NCBI GenBank assembly: GCA_035257925.1
Contig: DATEWO010000236.1
Span: forward strand, 1 to 36,292
DNA length: 36,292 nt
Reading direction: 5' to 3'
Source: Propionibacteriaceae bacterium
Lineage (GTDB): Bacteria; Actinomycetota; Actinomycetes; Propionibacteriales; Propionibacteriaceae
The translations under genes and the position numbers were made by a program. Below the pieces are notes generated by a model, which was not told the DNA's origin, searched no databases, and saw nothing but the letters and a program-made list of their open reading frames with translations. Shown piece after piece: positions 16,802 through 25,991 of this stretch (positions within the stretch are counted from its first letter, which is position 1; each line of letters starts with the position of its first letter).

Positions 16802-19243
16802 ATGGCCAGAACACCAGCACCACCAGAGGACGACTTCACCGAGCGAATCGTCGATATCGATGTCTCCTCTGAGATGCAGACCAGCTTCTTGGAGTACGCC
16901 TATTCGGTGATCTATTCACGGGCCCTTCCTGACGCCCGGGATGGACTCAAGCCGGTACAGCGCCGGATCTTGTACTCGATGGACGAGATGGGCGTACGGC
17001 CGGATCGTTCGCACGTCAAGTGCGCCCGGGTGGTCGGTCAGGTCATGGGTCAGTACCACCCGCATGGCGACGGTGCCATCTACGATGCGCTTGTCAGAAC
17101 CGCGCAGCCCTGGACCATGCGACTGCCACTGGTCGATGGCCACGGCAACTTTGGATCGCTGGACGACGGCCCGGCGGCTATGCGTTACACGGAGTGCCGG
17201 ATGGCACCTGCCGCCGCGGCCATGACCGACGGGCTCGACGAGGACACCGTCGACTTCAAGCCGAATTACGACGGCAAGGACGTCGAGCCGACGGTGCTCC
17301 CCGCGGCTTTCCCCAACCTGTTGGTCAACGGCGCGACGGGGATCGCGGTCGGTATGGCCACCAACTGCCCGCCGCACAACCTGGTGGAGGTCATCCAGGC
17401 GCTGCGTCACTTGATCAAGCACCCGGACGCCGACATCGACGAGCTGATGCGTTTCATTCCCGGGCCTGATCTGCCCAGTGGCGGCAAGATCATCGGGCTG
17501 GACGGTGTGCGCGATGCCTACCACACCGGGAAGGGATCGTTTCGCATCCGCGCCACCGCACGCATCGAGCAGGTACATCCACGTCGTAAGGGCATCGTGA
17601 TCACTGAGCTGCCCTATCTGATCGGTCCGGAGCGAGTGATCGAACAGATCAAGAGCCTTGTCAACGCCCGCAAGCTGCAGGGCATCGCTGACGTCAAAGA
17701 CCTGTCGGACCGAGCGAACGGAACTCGGCTGGTGATCGAGATCAAGAGCGGCTTCAATCCCGACGCCCTCCTGGAACAGCTCTACAAGCTGACCAAGATC
17801 GAGGACAACTATGCGATCAACGCGGTAGCCCTGGTCGACGGCCAGCCGCGCACCCTGACGCTACGCGACATGCTCACCGTCTATCTCGAGCATCGCTACG
17901 AGGTGACGCGGCGCCGGACTGAGTTCGCCAGGACGAAGGCTCGAGAGCGCCTGCATCTGGTCGAAGGTTTGCTGGTGGCGATCCTCGATATCGATGACGT
18001 GATCGCCATCATCCGCTCATCTGATGACACCGCTCAGGCCCGCTCGCGGCTGATGGAGGTATTCGAGCTTTCGGAAACTCAGACCAACTACATCCTCGAG
18101 ATGCCGCTCCGCAGGCTCACGCGATTCAGCCGGATCGAGCTCGAGACCGAGCGGGACAAGCTGGAAGCGACCATCGCTGAGCTCACCGAGATCTTGGACA
18201 ACCCTGAGCAGCTCCGCACGCTCGTCGGCAACCAGCTTGCCGAGATCGCCCAACAGCACGGGACCCCGCGCCGGACGATCTTGCTGGCGGCGAGCGGCGT
18301 TGCGGCCACCGCTACCACTGCTCCGCTGGAAGTCACGGACGATCCCTGTTGGGTGCTGCTCTCCTCCGCCGGCCTGCTGGCCCGCACCAATTACGCGCAA
18401 CCATTGCCGCCGGTGGGTGCGCGGGCCAACCACGACCTCATCGTGTCCAAGATCATCTCAACCGCTCGGGGCGACTGCGGACTCGTCACCAGCGCCGGCC
18501 GGCTGATCAAGATCTCTGCGCTCGATCTCCCAACTGTCCCCAGCACCGCTCATGCACCCAACCTCCAGGGTGGTACCCATGTGAGCGAGCTGGTCACCAT
18601 TGCCGCCGATGAGAAGGTGCTCTGCCTGACAACGCTGACGGAGGACTCACTGGGTCTGGCACTCGGCACAGCGCATGGCGTCGTGAAGCGGGTGAATCCG
18701 GAGGTGCTCGGTAAAGACGCATGGGATGTGATCCGCCTGGAACCGGGCGATCGGGTAGTCGGCGCAGTTGAGCTCACCAGCACCGAGGCCGAGCTGGTCT
18801 TCATCACCAACGACGCCCAACTGCTGCGCTTTCCCGCCGCTGTGGTACGACCGCAGGGTCGCCCGGGAGGCGGCATGACGGGTATCAAGCTTGGTATCGG
18901 CGGGCGTGCCATCTACTTCGGCGCGATAACCGCGGCCGATGCCGTCGTCGCCACAGTGTCCGGCACGTCTCGTGCTCTGCCTGGAACCGATGCCGGCTCG
19001 GTAAAGATCACCGAGTTTCGACATTATCCGGCCAAGGGTCGGGCAACCGGTGGAGTACGCTGCCATCGGTTCCTCAAGGGCGAGGATTCGCTACTGCTCG
19101 CCTGGGCGGGGCCGGCGCCTGCCATCGCCGCTGCGGCCAGCGGCAGTCCCGTTCCGTTGCCGGCCGCGGACACCCGGCGCGACGGATCAGGAACTCCCGG
19201 CAGTCAGCCCATCGCGGCGATCGGCTCGGCCGCCGCCGGCTGA
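16802..19243 (+). CDS. parC: DNA topoisomerase IV subunit A (GyrA/ParC family)
   Basis: [24 protein letters not shown], catalytic AAMRYTE and FPNLLVNG. No canonical QRRGGKG GyrA box and not in an oriC gyrBA context. SD GGAGG upstream. Confidence 0.88.
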   Translation: MARTPAPPEDDFTERIVDIDVSSEMQTSFLEYAYSVIYSRALPDARDGLKPVQRRILYSMDEMGVRPDRSHVKCARVVGQVMGQYHPHGDGAIYDALVRTAQPWTMRLPLVDGHGNFGSLDDGPAAMRYTECRMAPAAAAMTDGLDEDTVDFKPNYDGKDVEPTVLPAAFPNLLVNGATGIAVGMATNCPPHNLVEVIQALRHLIKHPDADIDELMRFIPGPDLPSGGKIIGLDGVRDAYHTGKGSFRIRATARIEQVHPRRKGIVITELPYLIGPERVIEQIKSLVNARKLQGIADVKDLSDRANGTRLVIEIKSGFNPDALLEQLYKLTKIEDNYAINAVALVDGQPRTLTLRDMLTVYLEHRYEVTRRRTEFARTKARERLHLVEGLLVAILDIDDVIAIIRSSDDTAQARSRLMEVFELSETQTNYILEMPLRRLTRFSRIELETERDKLEATIAELTEILDNPEQLRTLVGNQLAEIAQQHGTPRRTILLAASGVAATATTAPLEVTDDPCWVLLSSAGLLARTNYAQPLPPVGARANHDLIVSKIISTARGDCGLVTSAGRLIKISALDLPTVPSTAHAPNLQGGTHVSELVTIAADEKVLCLTTLTEDSLGLALGTAHGVVKRVNPEVLGKDAWDVIRLEPGDRVVGAVELTSTEAELVFITNDAQLLRFPAAVVRPQGRPGGGMTGIKLGIGGRAIYFGAITAADAVVATVSGTSRALPGTDAGSVKITEFRHYPAKGRATGGVRCHRFLKGEDSLLLAWAGPAPAIAAAASGSPVPLPAADTRRDGSGTPGSQPIAAIGSAAAG

Positions 19244-19269
19244 TCAGGCTCGCATCGGAGGTCGATCGC

Positions 19270-19809
19270 GTGGACCACGCACCAGAGCACCGGCCGTACC
19301 CCCATCAGTCCACTGACGCCACTTTCGACGACCTACTGGCCAACAACAAGAAGTTCGCTGAGCGCTTCGATCAGCATGGCTTCGACGGGGTAGCCCATGC
19401 AGGAGTGCTGATGATCACCTGTATGGACTCCAGAATCGTGCCGCTCGAAATGGTCGGGTTGACCTTCGGTGACGCCAAGATCATCCGTACCCCTGGCGGC
19501 CGGGTGACCACCTCGGCGCTGGCTGGATGTATTGCCGGTGTCCACCTGCTCCAGGTGAACCGGATCATGGTGATCCCCCACAACCGCTGTGCCATGGCCG
19601 CTGCCGACGATGATGTGATCATCGAGAAGATCCGAAATGCTAGCGGTGCCGACGCCTCTTGGGTGCGCTTCGGTGCCTCGGCCGACCAGCGGCGTACCCT
19701 GCATCGCGACGTTGAGAAGCTTCGGAATCATCCGCTGATCGGCAAGCGAGCACTTGTAGGCGGCTTCTACTACGACGTGGACACCGGTCTCCTGGAACGC
19801 TGGGACTAA
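19270..19809 (+). CDS. Beta-class carbonic anhydrase
   Basis: Zn ligands CMDSR and HNRC; C-terminal GFYYDVDTG. SD GGAGG before the GTG. Confidence 0.88.
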   Translation: MDHAPEHRPYPHQSTDATFDDLLANNKKFAERFDQHGFDGVAHAGVLMITCMDSRIVPLEMVGLTFGDAKIIRTPGGRVTTSALAGCIAGVHLLQVNRIMVIPHNRCAMAAADDDVIIEKIRNASGADASWVRFGASADQRRTLHRDVEKLRNHPLIGKRALVGGFYYDVDTGLLERWD

Positions 19810-19823
19810 GCTCCCTGTCGCGT

Positions 19824-21899
19824 TTACGCGTCGATGGTGGCGGCGTCGAGGGCGTACGCCCCGTCGATGATGAACTCCTTGCGTGGCACGACGTCATTGC
19901 CCATCAGCATCTCGAAGGTGGCCTCGGCGAGCAGCCCGTCGTCTACCGTCATCCTGCGCAGCGTACGGTGCCGCGGATTCATCGTCGTCTCGGCGAGCTG
20001 ATCAGCGTCCATCTCGCCAAGACCCTTGTAACGCTGCGGCTCCTTGAAGTGCAGGCCGCGCTTGGTCAGCTCCGCCGCTTTCCGTTGGTACTCGGCATCG
20101 GAGTAGGTGTAGATGTACTTCTCTTGGCCCTTACGGGCATTCGTCAGCTCGAAGCGATGGAGTGGCGGTACCGCGGTAAAGACCCGCCCGGCAGCCACTA
20201 GCGGGCGCATATACCGGAAAAACAACGTCGCCAGCAGACAGCGGATGTGGGCACCATCGGAATCTGCGTCGGCCATGAAGATGATCTTGCCGTAACGGGC
20301 CGCTTCAAGATCGAAGCTGCGGCCAGAGCCAGCGCCGACGACTTGGATGATCGAGCCGCACTCGGCATTCTTCAGCATGTCGCCGATCGACGCCTTCTGC
20401 ACATTGAGGATCTTTCCCCGGATAGGCAACAGCGCCTGGAACTCCGAATTCCTGGCCAGCTTGGCCGTACCGAGGGCCGAGTCGCCTTCGACGATGAACA
20501 GTTCGGTTCGGTCAACGTCATTGCTACGGCAGTCGACGAGCTTAGCCGGCAGTGACGATGACTCGAGCGCATTCTTGCGTCGCTGCGCCTCGCGGTGCTG
20601 GCGGGCAGCTACTCGAGCCCGCGAGGCACCAACGACCTTTTCCAGGACCGCGCGCGCCTGCGCTCTGGTCGCCATCCTGGTCGATCCCAAGAACCTCGTG
20701 AGCTCATGTTCGACGATCTTGGCCACCAGCCGCGACACCGCCGGCGTGCCAAGCACCTCTTTGGTCTGACCCTCGAATTGCGGCTCAGCCAGCCGCACGG
20801 TAACCACCGCTGTCATGCCCTCGAGCACGTCTTCCTTCAGCACCTCGTCGCCGTTTTTCAGCAGTCGGGTGTTGTGGAGCGCGTTCCCGAAAGCTTTGGT
20901 CAGTCCGCGTTCGAAGCCTGCGACATGGGTGCCACCTTTGGGCGTGGCGATGATGTTCACGAACGAATGGGTACGCGTCTCAAAGCCCTCACCCCACCGG
21001 AGGGCAATATCGATGTCCAGGTCACGCTCAACGTCTGCGGGCTCCATGTGGCCCGCATCATCCAGCATGGGGACAGTCTCGGTGAACCGATCCGTACCAC
21101 GCAGCCGGATGACGTCACTGATGGGTTGGTCTGGAGCGAGGAACTCGCAGAATTCGGAGATACCACCCTGGTGCAGGAAGGTCTCCTCAATGACGTCTGG
21201 GGTACGCGCATCGGTGATGTGGAGCGCCAAGCCCGGGACCAGGAAGCTGGTCTGCCTGGCGCGGTCTTGAAGATCCCGGAACGACAGCTGGGCGTCGTGG
21301 AGGAAGATCTGCCGATCGGGCCAGTAGGTCACCCGGGTACCAGTGGTTCCCTTCGGCACTCGTCCAATCTTGCGAAGCTGACTTCCGGGGGTGAACTTCG
21401 CCGTTGGACCGGGCCCATCAAACGTCCCAGGGACGCCACGACGGAATGACATAGCCCAGGTAGCGGAGTTGCGGTCCACCTCGACGTCAAGCCGACTCGA
21501 CAATGCGTTGACAACCGAAGAACCTACGCCGTGCAGCCCGCCCGTCGCGTTGTAGGAGCCGGCGCCGAACTTGCCCCCCGCGTGCAGTTTGGTGAAGACC
21601 ACTTCGACCCCGGATAGGCCAGTCCGCGGTTCGATGTCCACCGGGATACCGCGAGCTCGGTCGAGCACTGAGATGCCACCGTCTGAGCGCAATGTGACAA
21701 AGATCTCCTTGCCATGGCCGCCGAGCGCCTCGTCGACGGCGTTGTCAATGATCTCCCACAGGCAGTGCATCAGCCCTCTGGTGTCGGTGGAGCCGATGTA
21801 CATCGCGGGCCGTTTCCGAACGGCCTCAAGCCCCTCCAGCACCAGCAGGTGCCGTGCCTCATATTCCCGGCTTTCCGTTGCTGGGCTGGCAGTTGGCAC
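19824..21899 (-). CDS. parE: DNA topoisomerase IV subunit B (GyrB/ParE family)
   Basis: LEGLEAVRKRPAMYIGST, EIIDNAVDE, LHAGGKF, GLHGVG, VEGDSA, PIRGKILN, DADSDG and RYKGLGEM. Start GTG 21899 lies 6 nt after TACTCT. Confidence 0.9.
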   Translation of the reverse strand: MPTASPATESREYEARHLLVLEGLEAVRKRPAMYIGSTDTRGLMHCLWEIIDNAVDEALGGHGKEIFVTLRSDGGISVLDRARGIPVDIEPRTGLSGVEVVFTKLHAGGKFGAGSYNATGGLHGVGSSVVNALSSRLDVEVDRNSATWAMSFRRGVPGTFDGPGPTAKFTPGSQLRKIGRVPKGTTGTRVTYWPDRQIFLHDAQLSFRDLQDRARQTSFLVPGLALHITDARTPDVIEETFLHQGGISEFCEFLAPDQPISDVIRLRGTDRFTETVPMLDDAGHMEPADVERDLDIDIALRWGEGFETRTHSFVNIIATPKGGTHVAGFERGLTKAFGNALHNTRLLKNGDEVLKEDVLEGMTAVVTVRLAEPQFEGQTKEVLGTPAVSRLVAKIVEHELTRFLGSTRMATRAQARAVLEKVVGASRARVAARQHREAQRRKNALESSSLPAKLVDCRSNDVDRTELFIVEGDSALGTAKLARNSEFQALLPIRGKILNVQKASIGDMLKNAECGSIIQVVGAGSGRSFDLEAARYGKIIFMADADSDGAHIRCLLATLFFRYMRPLVAAGRVFTAVPPLHRFELTNARKGQEKYIYTYSDAEYQRKAAELTKRGLHFKEPQRYKGLGEMDADQLAETTMNPRHRTLRRMTVDDGLLAEATFEMLMGNDVVPRKEFIIDGAYALDAATIDA

Positions 21900-22167
21900 G
21901 CGCCGAGAGTACCTCGCGGCCGGCCTCCGAACCGGCGCAAAGAGGCCAATCCAGTCCGTGTGTCGTACTCGAACCCTTGGTGGCATGACAGCGACCCACG
22001 GCGAAACGATTCACAGGATTCGTTACACAACAGTCATTGCCTCGAGATGCGGAGACGGAACAATCAGAGACAGACGAGATGTTGAACAGATGCCAGGCGG
22101 GTGTCGCAACCGCGATGCACCGCTCAATACAGCAAGATCATCTGATCGTCAGGAAGGGAGGCCGACC

Positions 22168-22365
22168 GTGAGCACTCCTGTTATCGAAGATTCCCACCTC
22201 AATGCCTCGGATCGTTGCGACCGGTGTGGCGCGCAAGCCTACGTACGAGTGACCATGGCCAGCGGTTTCGACCTTCTCTTCTGCTCACATCACAGCAAAG
22301 AGCACGCTGACAAGCTCAAGCAAGTGGCGCTGAGGATCCACGACGAGACACAGCGCATCGGTTAA
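22168..22365 (+). CDS. Small conserved actinobacterial Zn-finger-like protein (DUF7455-type), 65 aa
   Basis: SD GGAGG then GTG at 22168. MSTPVIEDSHLNASDRCDRCGAQAYVRV...LLFCSHH...IHDET contains CxxC and CxHH. It is the 3' end of track ORF 21571..22365. Confidence 0.8.
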   Translation: MSTPVIEDSHLNASDRCDRCGAQAYVRVTMASGFDLLFCSHHSKEHADKLKQVALRIHDETQRIG

Positions 22366-22384
22366 ACCCCGGATACGACCCAGC

Positions 22385-22416
22385 CGGCCCCAGCCCATTC
22401 AGCATGGTTGGGGCCG
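22385..22416. terminator. Hairpin between convergent genes, probable bidirectional terminator
   Basis: CGGCCCCAGCC (22385-22395) pairs with GGTTGGGGCCG (22406-22416) with one G-U pair. Confidence 0.6.
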
Positions 22417-22438
22417 ATCTGCATCGGGCGGCTAGCGG

Positions 22439-23869
22439 TCAGTCCAGATAGTCGCGGAGTACCTGGGAGCGGGATGGGTGCCGCAGCTTGCTCATGGTCT
22501 TGGACTCAATCTGGCGGATCCGCTCCCGCGTGACTCCGTACACCTTGCCGATCTCATCCAGGGTCTTGGGTTGGCCGTCGGTCAATCCGAAGCGCATCGA
22601 CACCACTCCGGCTTCGCGCTCACTGAGAGTGTCCAATACGTCGTGCAACTGCTCCTGCAAAAGGGTGAAGCTCACCGCATCTGCTGGAACGACGGCCTCC
22701 GAGTCCTCGATCAAGTCTCCGAACTCAGAGTCGCCGTCTTCGCCGAGCGGAGTATGCAGCGAGATCGGCTCTCGCCCGTACTTTTGAACCTCGACAACCT
22801 TCTCCGGAGTCATGTCGAGCTCGCGCGCCAACTCTTCCGGCGTCGGTTCCCGCCCCAGATCCTGCAGCATCTGCCGCTGCACCCGAGCCAGTTTGTTGAT
22901 CACCTCGACCATATGCACGGGAATCCGGATGGTACGAGCCTGATCGGCCATCGCACGGGTGATCGCCTGCCTGATCCACCAGGTCGCGTACGTGGAGAAC
23001 TTGTAGCCCTTGGTGTAGTCGAACTTCTCAACCGCCCGGATCAGCCCGAGGTTGCCTTCTTGGATGAGGTCGAGGAAGAGCATTCCGCGGCCGGTGTAGC
23101 GCTTGGCCAGCGAAACGACCAGTCGGAGATTGGCTTCCAGAAGGTGGTTCTTGGCGCGGCGACCGTCCTCGGCGATCCATTCGAAGTCGTCCAGATGTGA
23201 TGCCTTGATCTTGGAGTGATCGTCGTTGAGCTTCTCGTCGGCAAAGAGTCCGGCTTCGATCCGCTTCGCAAGTTCCACCTCCTGCTCGGCGTTCAACAGG
23301 GCGACTTTGCCGATCTGCTTCAGGTAGTCCTTCACCGGGTCAGCCGTGGCCCCGGCTGCCATCACCTGTTGCTCGGGCTCGTCGGCGTCATCGGCCTCCG
23401 ACAGAGTGAAGCCCTCGTCCTCAGCCAGCTCCTCTTCGAGCTTCGCCTCCTCAGCTGGCTCGAACGCTGACTCATCTATATCGTCCAAGGTCCGCTTTTT
23501 GCCGACTGTGAGTACGACCTCTTCACTCTCCAGGTCGACCACGACATCAGCGGTCAGCGCTTCAGCGTCGATGTCGACATCGAGCGGCTCTAGGGCGAGC
23601 TCCTCGAGATCCACCTCCTCAACTGCCTCGTCAACTGCTTCTGGACTTGGTGGCAGCAGCACCTCATCGGCAGCAGCGGGCGGTGCGGCAGCGACCTTCT
23701 TGGCAGGGGCACTGTCGACTGACTTCAACGACGCCTTCTTGGCGGGAGTCTTCTTGGCCGAGGTGGCCTTCTTGATCGGAACGCTTTCTTGCCGGGCCCG
23801 GCTTGTGGACGCAGCCACCGCGCGAGCCGTTGTGTGCAGTTTGGAGGGGAGTTTGGAGGGGGGTGTCAC
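22439..23869 (-). CDS. sigA: Principal RNA polymerase sigma factor (SigA/HrdB)
   Basis: [65 protein letters not shown] and [12 protein letters not shown]. Lys/Ala-rich then acidic N-terminus. SD GAGAGG before GTG 23869. Confidence 0.95.
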   Translation of the reverse strand: MTPPSKLPSKLHTTARAVAASTSRARQESVPIKKATSAKKTPAKKASLKSVDSAPAKKVAAAPPAAADEVLLPPSPEAVDEAVEEVDLEELALEPLDVDIDAEALTADVVVDLESEEVVLTVGKKRTLDDIDESAFEPAEEAKLEEELAEDEGFTLSEADDADEPEQQVMAAGATADPVKDYLKQIGKVALLNAEQEVELAKRIEAGLFADEKLNDDHSKIKASHLDDFEWIAEDGRRAKNHLLEANLRLVVSLAKRYTGRGMLFLDLIQEGNLGLIRAVEKFDYTKGYKFSTYATWWIRQAITRAMADQARTIRIPVHMVEVINKLARVQRQMLQDLGREPTPEELARELDMTPEKVVEVQKYGREPISLHTPLGEDGDSEFGDLIEDSEAVVPADAVSFTLLQEQLHDVLDTLSEREAGVVSMRFGLTDGQPKTLDEIGKVYGVTRERIRQIESKTMSKLRHPSRSQVLRDYLD

Positions 23870-24002
23870 AAAGAGCCTCTCGGACTGACCAGGCGGATCT
23901 AGGGCAGGCAGCGCCCATTGGATGTCAATAGGTGCTCCACGCGTATTCTGACACGAATCTCCAAACGTCCAGTCCAATGACGAAATGGTGTCGGAAACCG
24001 GG

Positions 24003-24464
24003 CTACTCGGCGTCGGGCTCCGCCTTCACTGCGAGGACTGGACAGGCGGCATCCAGTAACACCCGCTGAGCATTGCTACCGAGGAGCAGTTTCCCGACTG
24101 GGGAGCGGCGACGGAGACCGATGACGATGAAATCGGCGTCGGTTGCCTCAGCAGTTCGGATCAGCTCCTCCGCGGAATCGTGCACGTCGGCTGGGGTCCT
24201 GATGTCATAGCTGACCCCCGACGCCGCAAGCTCTGAGCTCAGGCCGCCATCCGTATCCACTTCAGCCGAGGTGTTCACCACCACCAGCGCTGCGCCGCGT
24301 AACCGTGCCTCGCTCAGTGCCCGTCTCAGGGCCGCCCGTCCCTCGGGTCTCGGCGAATAGCCAACGACAATGAGCGGCTGGGCTTCTGGAGGCAACGATT
24401 GGGTAGGCAGCTCGTCCGGTCCCGGGCGAACCTGGTCGGACGGGTACTGAATCGTCCCCGACAT
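24003..24464 (-). CDS. Universal stress protein (UspA family)
   Basis: IVVGYS and [37 protein letters not shown] 24464 overlaps the upstream stop (TGATG). Confidence 0.88.
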   Translation of the reverse strand: MSGTIQYPSDQVRPGPDELPTQSLPPEAQPLIVVGYSPRPEGRAALRRALSEARLRGAALVVVNTSAEVDTDGGLSSELAASGVSYDIRTPADVHDSAEELIRTAEATDADFIVIGLRRRSPVGKLLLGSNAQRVLLDAACPVLAVKAEPDAE

Positions 24465-25939
24465 CAGTGCACCTCCCAGGTGTGGACCGGCTGGTTGCTG
24501 TGCATCAACGTCATGTAGTTGGCGAGCATGCCTCGCAGAGCATCCTGCCTGGATTCGCCGGCCCGCTCCCGCCGCGCCACCTCGGCGACTTGCCATGTTG
24601 CTCCATTGGCCGCACGCAGGCAGCGGTGTTCGATGATGCCGAGCAGCCGCCCGATCTCGCTCTCATCGACCTCCCACATCCGCAGGCCATCAGCTGCCAG
24701 TGGCAACAGCTTGCGCACCACAAGTTCGGTCACATGTACCTGACCTACCTGGGGCCAATAGACCTCAGCATTGATGCCGTGCCGTATTCCGGACACGAAG
24801 TTCTCTTCGGCCGCCTGGAAGGACATCTGCGTCCAGATCGGCCGATCATTGTCGGCCAAGGCACGCACCAGTCCGGCAAAGAAGGCTGCGTTGGCCATGG
24901 TGTCCACGACGGTCGGACCTGCCGGCAGCACGCGGTTCTCCACCCGCAGGTGCGGGCTGTCCCCGCTGATGTCGTATACGGGCCGGTTCCAGCGGTAAAC
25001 CGTGCCGTTGTGGAGCCGGAGTTCATCCAGGCGTGGCACTCCCCCGCTGTCCAGCACCGCAACTGGATCCTCGTCGGAGCTGATCGGTAGCAACGCGGGA
25101 AAGTACCGGGAATTCTCCTCGAACAGGTCGAAGATCGAAGTGATCCAGCGCTCGCCAAACCACACTCGCGGGCGTACGCCCTGGGCTTTCAGTTCGTCAC
25201 TGCGTGTGTCTGTGCTTTGCTCGAACAGCGGGATGCGGGACTCTGCGACCAACTGCTTCCCGAAGAGGAAAGGCGAGTTAGCGCCGAGCCCGACCTGTAT
25301 GCCGGCGATCGCCTGGGCAGCATTCCAGTAGCCGGCGAAGTCATCCGGGCTTACCTGCAGATGTACCTGGGTCGAGGTGCATGCTGCCTCCGGCATGATC
25401 GTATTCGACACCATTGCCAGCCGTTCTACGCCGTCAATGATGATCTCCAGATCTTCACCACGCGCAGCAAAGATCTGCTGGTCCAGCATTGAGTAACGCG
25501 GATTCTCGCTGACGCTCTCCAGGGTGACGTGATGCGGCATCAAGGTGGGCAGAATACCGATGATCACCAGCTGGGCACCGATCGCCTTCGCACGGGGGTC
25601 TGCGTCATTCAGCGACTTCCGCACCGACTGTTCGTAGTCAGCGAAGCCGAAATCGGCCAATCGGCGTGGCGCCACATTGATCTCGATGTTGAAGCGGCCC
25701 AGCTCGGTCTGGAACGAGGGATCCGCGATGGCCGCCAGTACCTCAGCGTTGCGCATGGCCGGCTGGCAGTCCATGTCCACCAGATTGAGCTCGATCTCCA
25801 GGCCCGTCATGGGCCGTTCGAAGTCGAAACGGGATTCGGTGAGCATGCGGGCCAGCACATCCAGGCCCTTGCGGATCTTTTCTCGGTGCTGCTTGCGGTC
25901 CTCCCGAGTGAACTCTGTCGCGTCGACCTCTGCTCCCAT
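24464..25939 (-). CDS. Glutamate--cysteine ligase family (GCS2-like) protein
   Basis: GLEIELNL, FQTELGRFNIEIN, EAACTSTQVHLQV, ANSPFLFG, HNGTVYRWNRPVY and HLRVENR. SD GAGGA before ATG 25939. Confidence 0.85.
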   Translation of the reverse strand: MGAEVDATEFTREDRKQHREKIRKGLDVLARMLTESRFDFERPMTGLEIELNLVDMDCQPAMRNAEVLAAIADPSFQTELGRFNIEINVAPRRLADFGFADYEQSVRKSLNDADPRAKAIGAQLVIIGILPTLMPHHVTLESVSENPRYSMLDQQIFAARGEDLEIIIDGVERLAMVSNTIMPEAACTSTQVHLQVSPDDFAGYWNAAQAIAGIQVGLGANSPFLFGKQLVAESRIPLFEQSTDTRSDELKAQGVRPRVWFGERWITSIFDLFEENSRYFPALLPISSDEDPVAVLDSGGVPRLDELRLHNGTVYRWNRPVYDISGDSPHLRVENRVLPAGPTVVDTMANAAFFAGLVRALADNDRPIWTQMSFQAAEENFVSGIRHGINAEVYWPQVGQVHVTELVVRKLLPLAADGLRMWEVDESEIGRLLGIIEHRCLRAANGATWQVAEVARRERAGESRQDALRGMLANYMTLMHSNQPVHTWEVH

Positions 25940-25973
25940 GGGGCTATCCTCACGCATCGTCGTCGTTGCGGGA

Positions 25974-25983
25974 ACACTACGCT
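25974..25983. promoter_or_regulatory. Overlapping back-to-back -10 elements (bidirectional promoter)
   Basis: ACACTACGCT gives TACGCT on + (25978-25983) and TAGTGT on - (25974-25979), in the 52-bp gap between divergent genes. Confidence 0.5.
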
Positions 25984-25991
25984 CGTCCACC

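Noticed and set aside
21571-22167. 264-aa ORF upstream part
   Set aside because: Overlaps parE antisense; only the last 65 codons, with their own SD, look like a real protein.
23690-23780. AKK repeats in the SigA N-terminus
   Set aside because: Ordinary low-complexity feature of actinobacterial principal sigma factors.
23870-23977. TTG-initiated extension of SigA and a perfect TTGACA at 23923-23928 (minus strand)
   Set aside because: SD-GTG at 23869 is the better start, and no -10 lies 16-18 nt from the TTGACA.
25677-25991. 105-aa N-terminal extension of oligopeptidase B
   Set aside because: Antisense to the ligase gene; family similarity begins only after ATG 25992.
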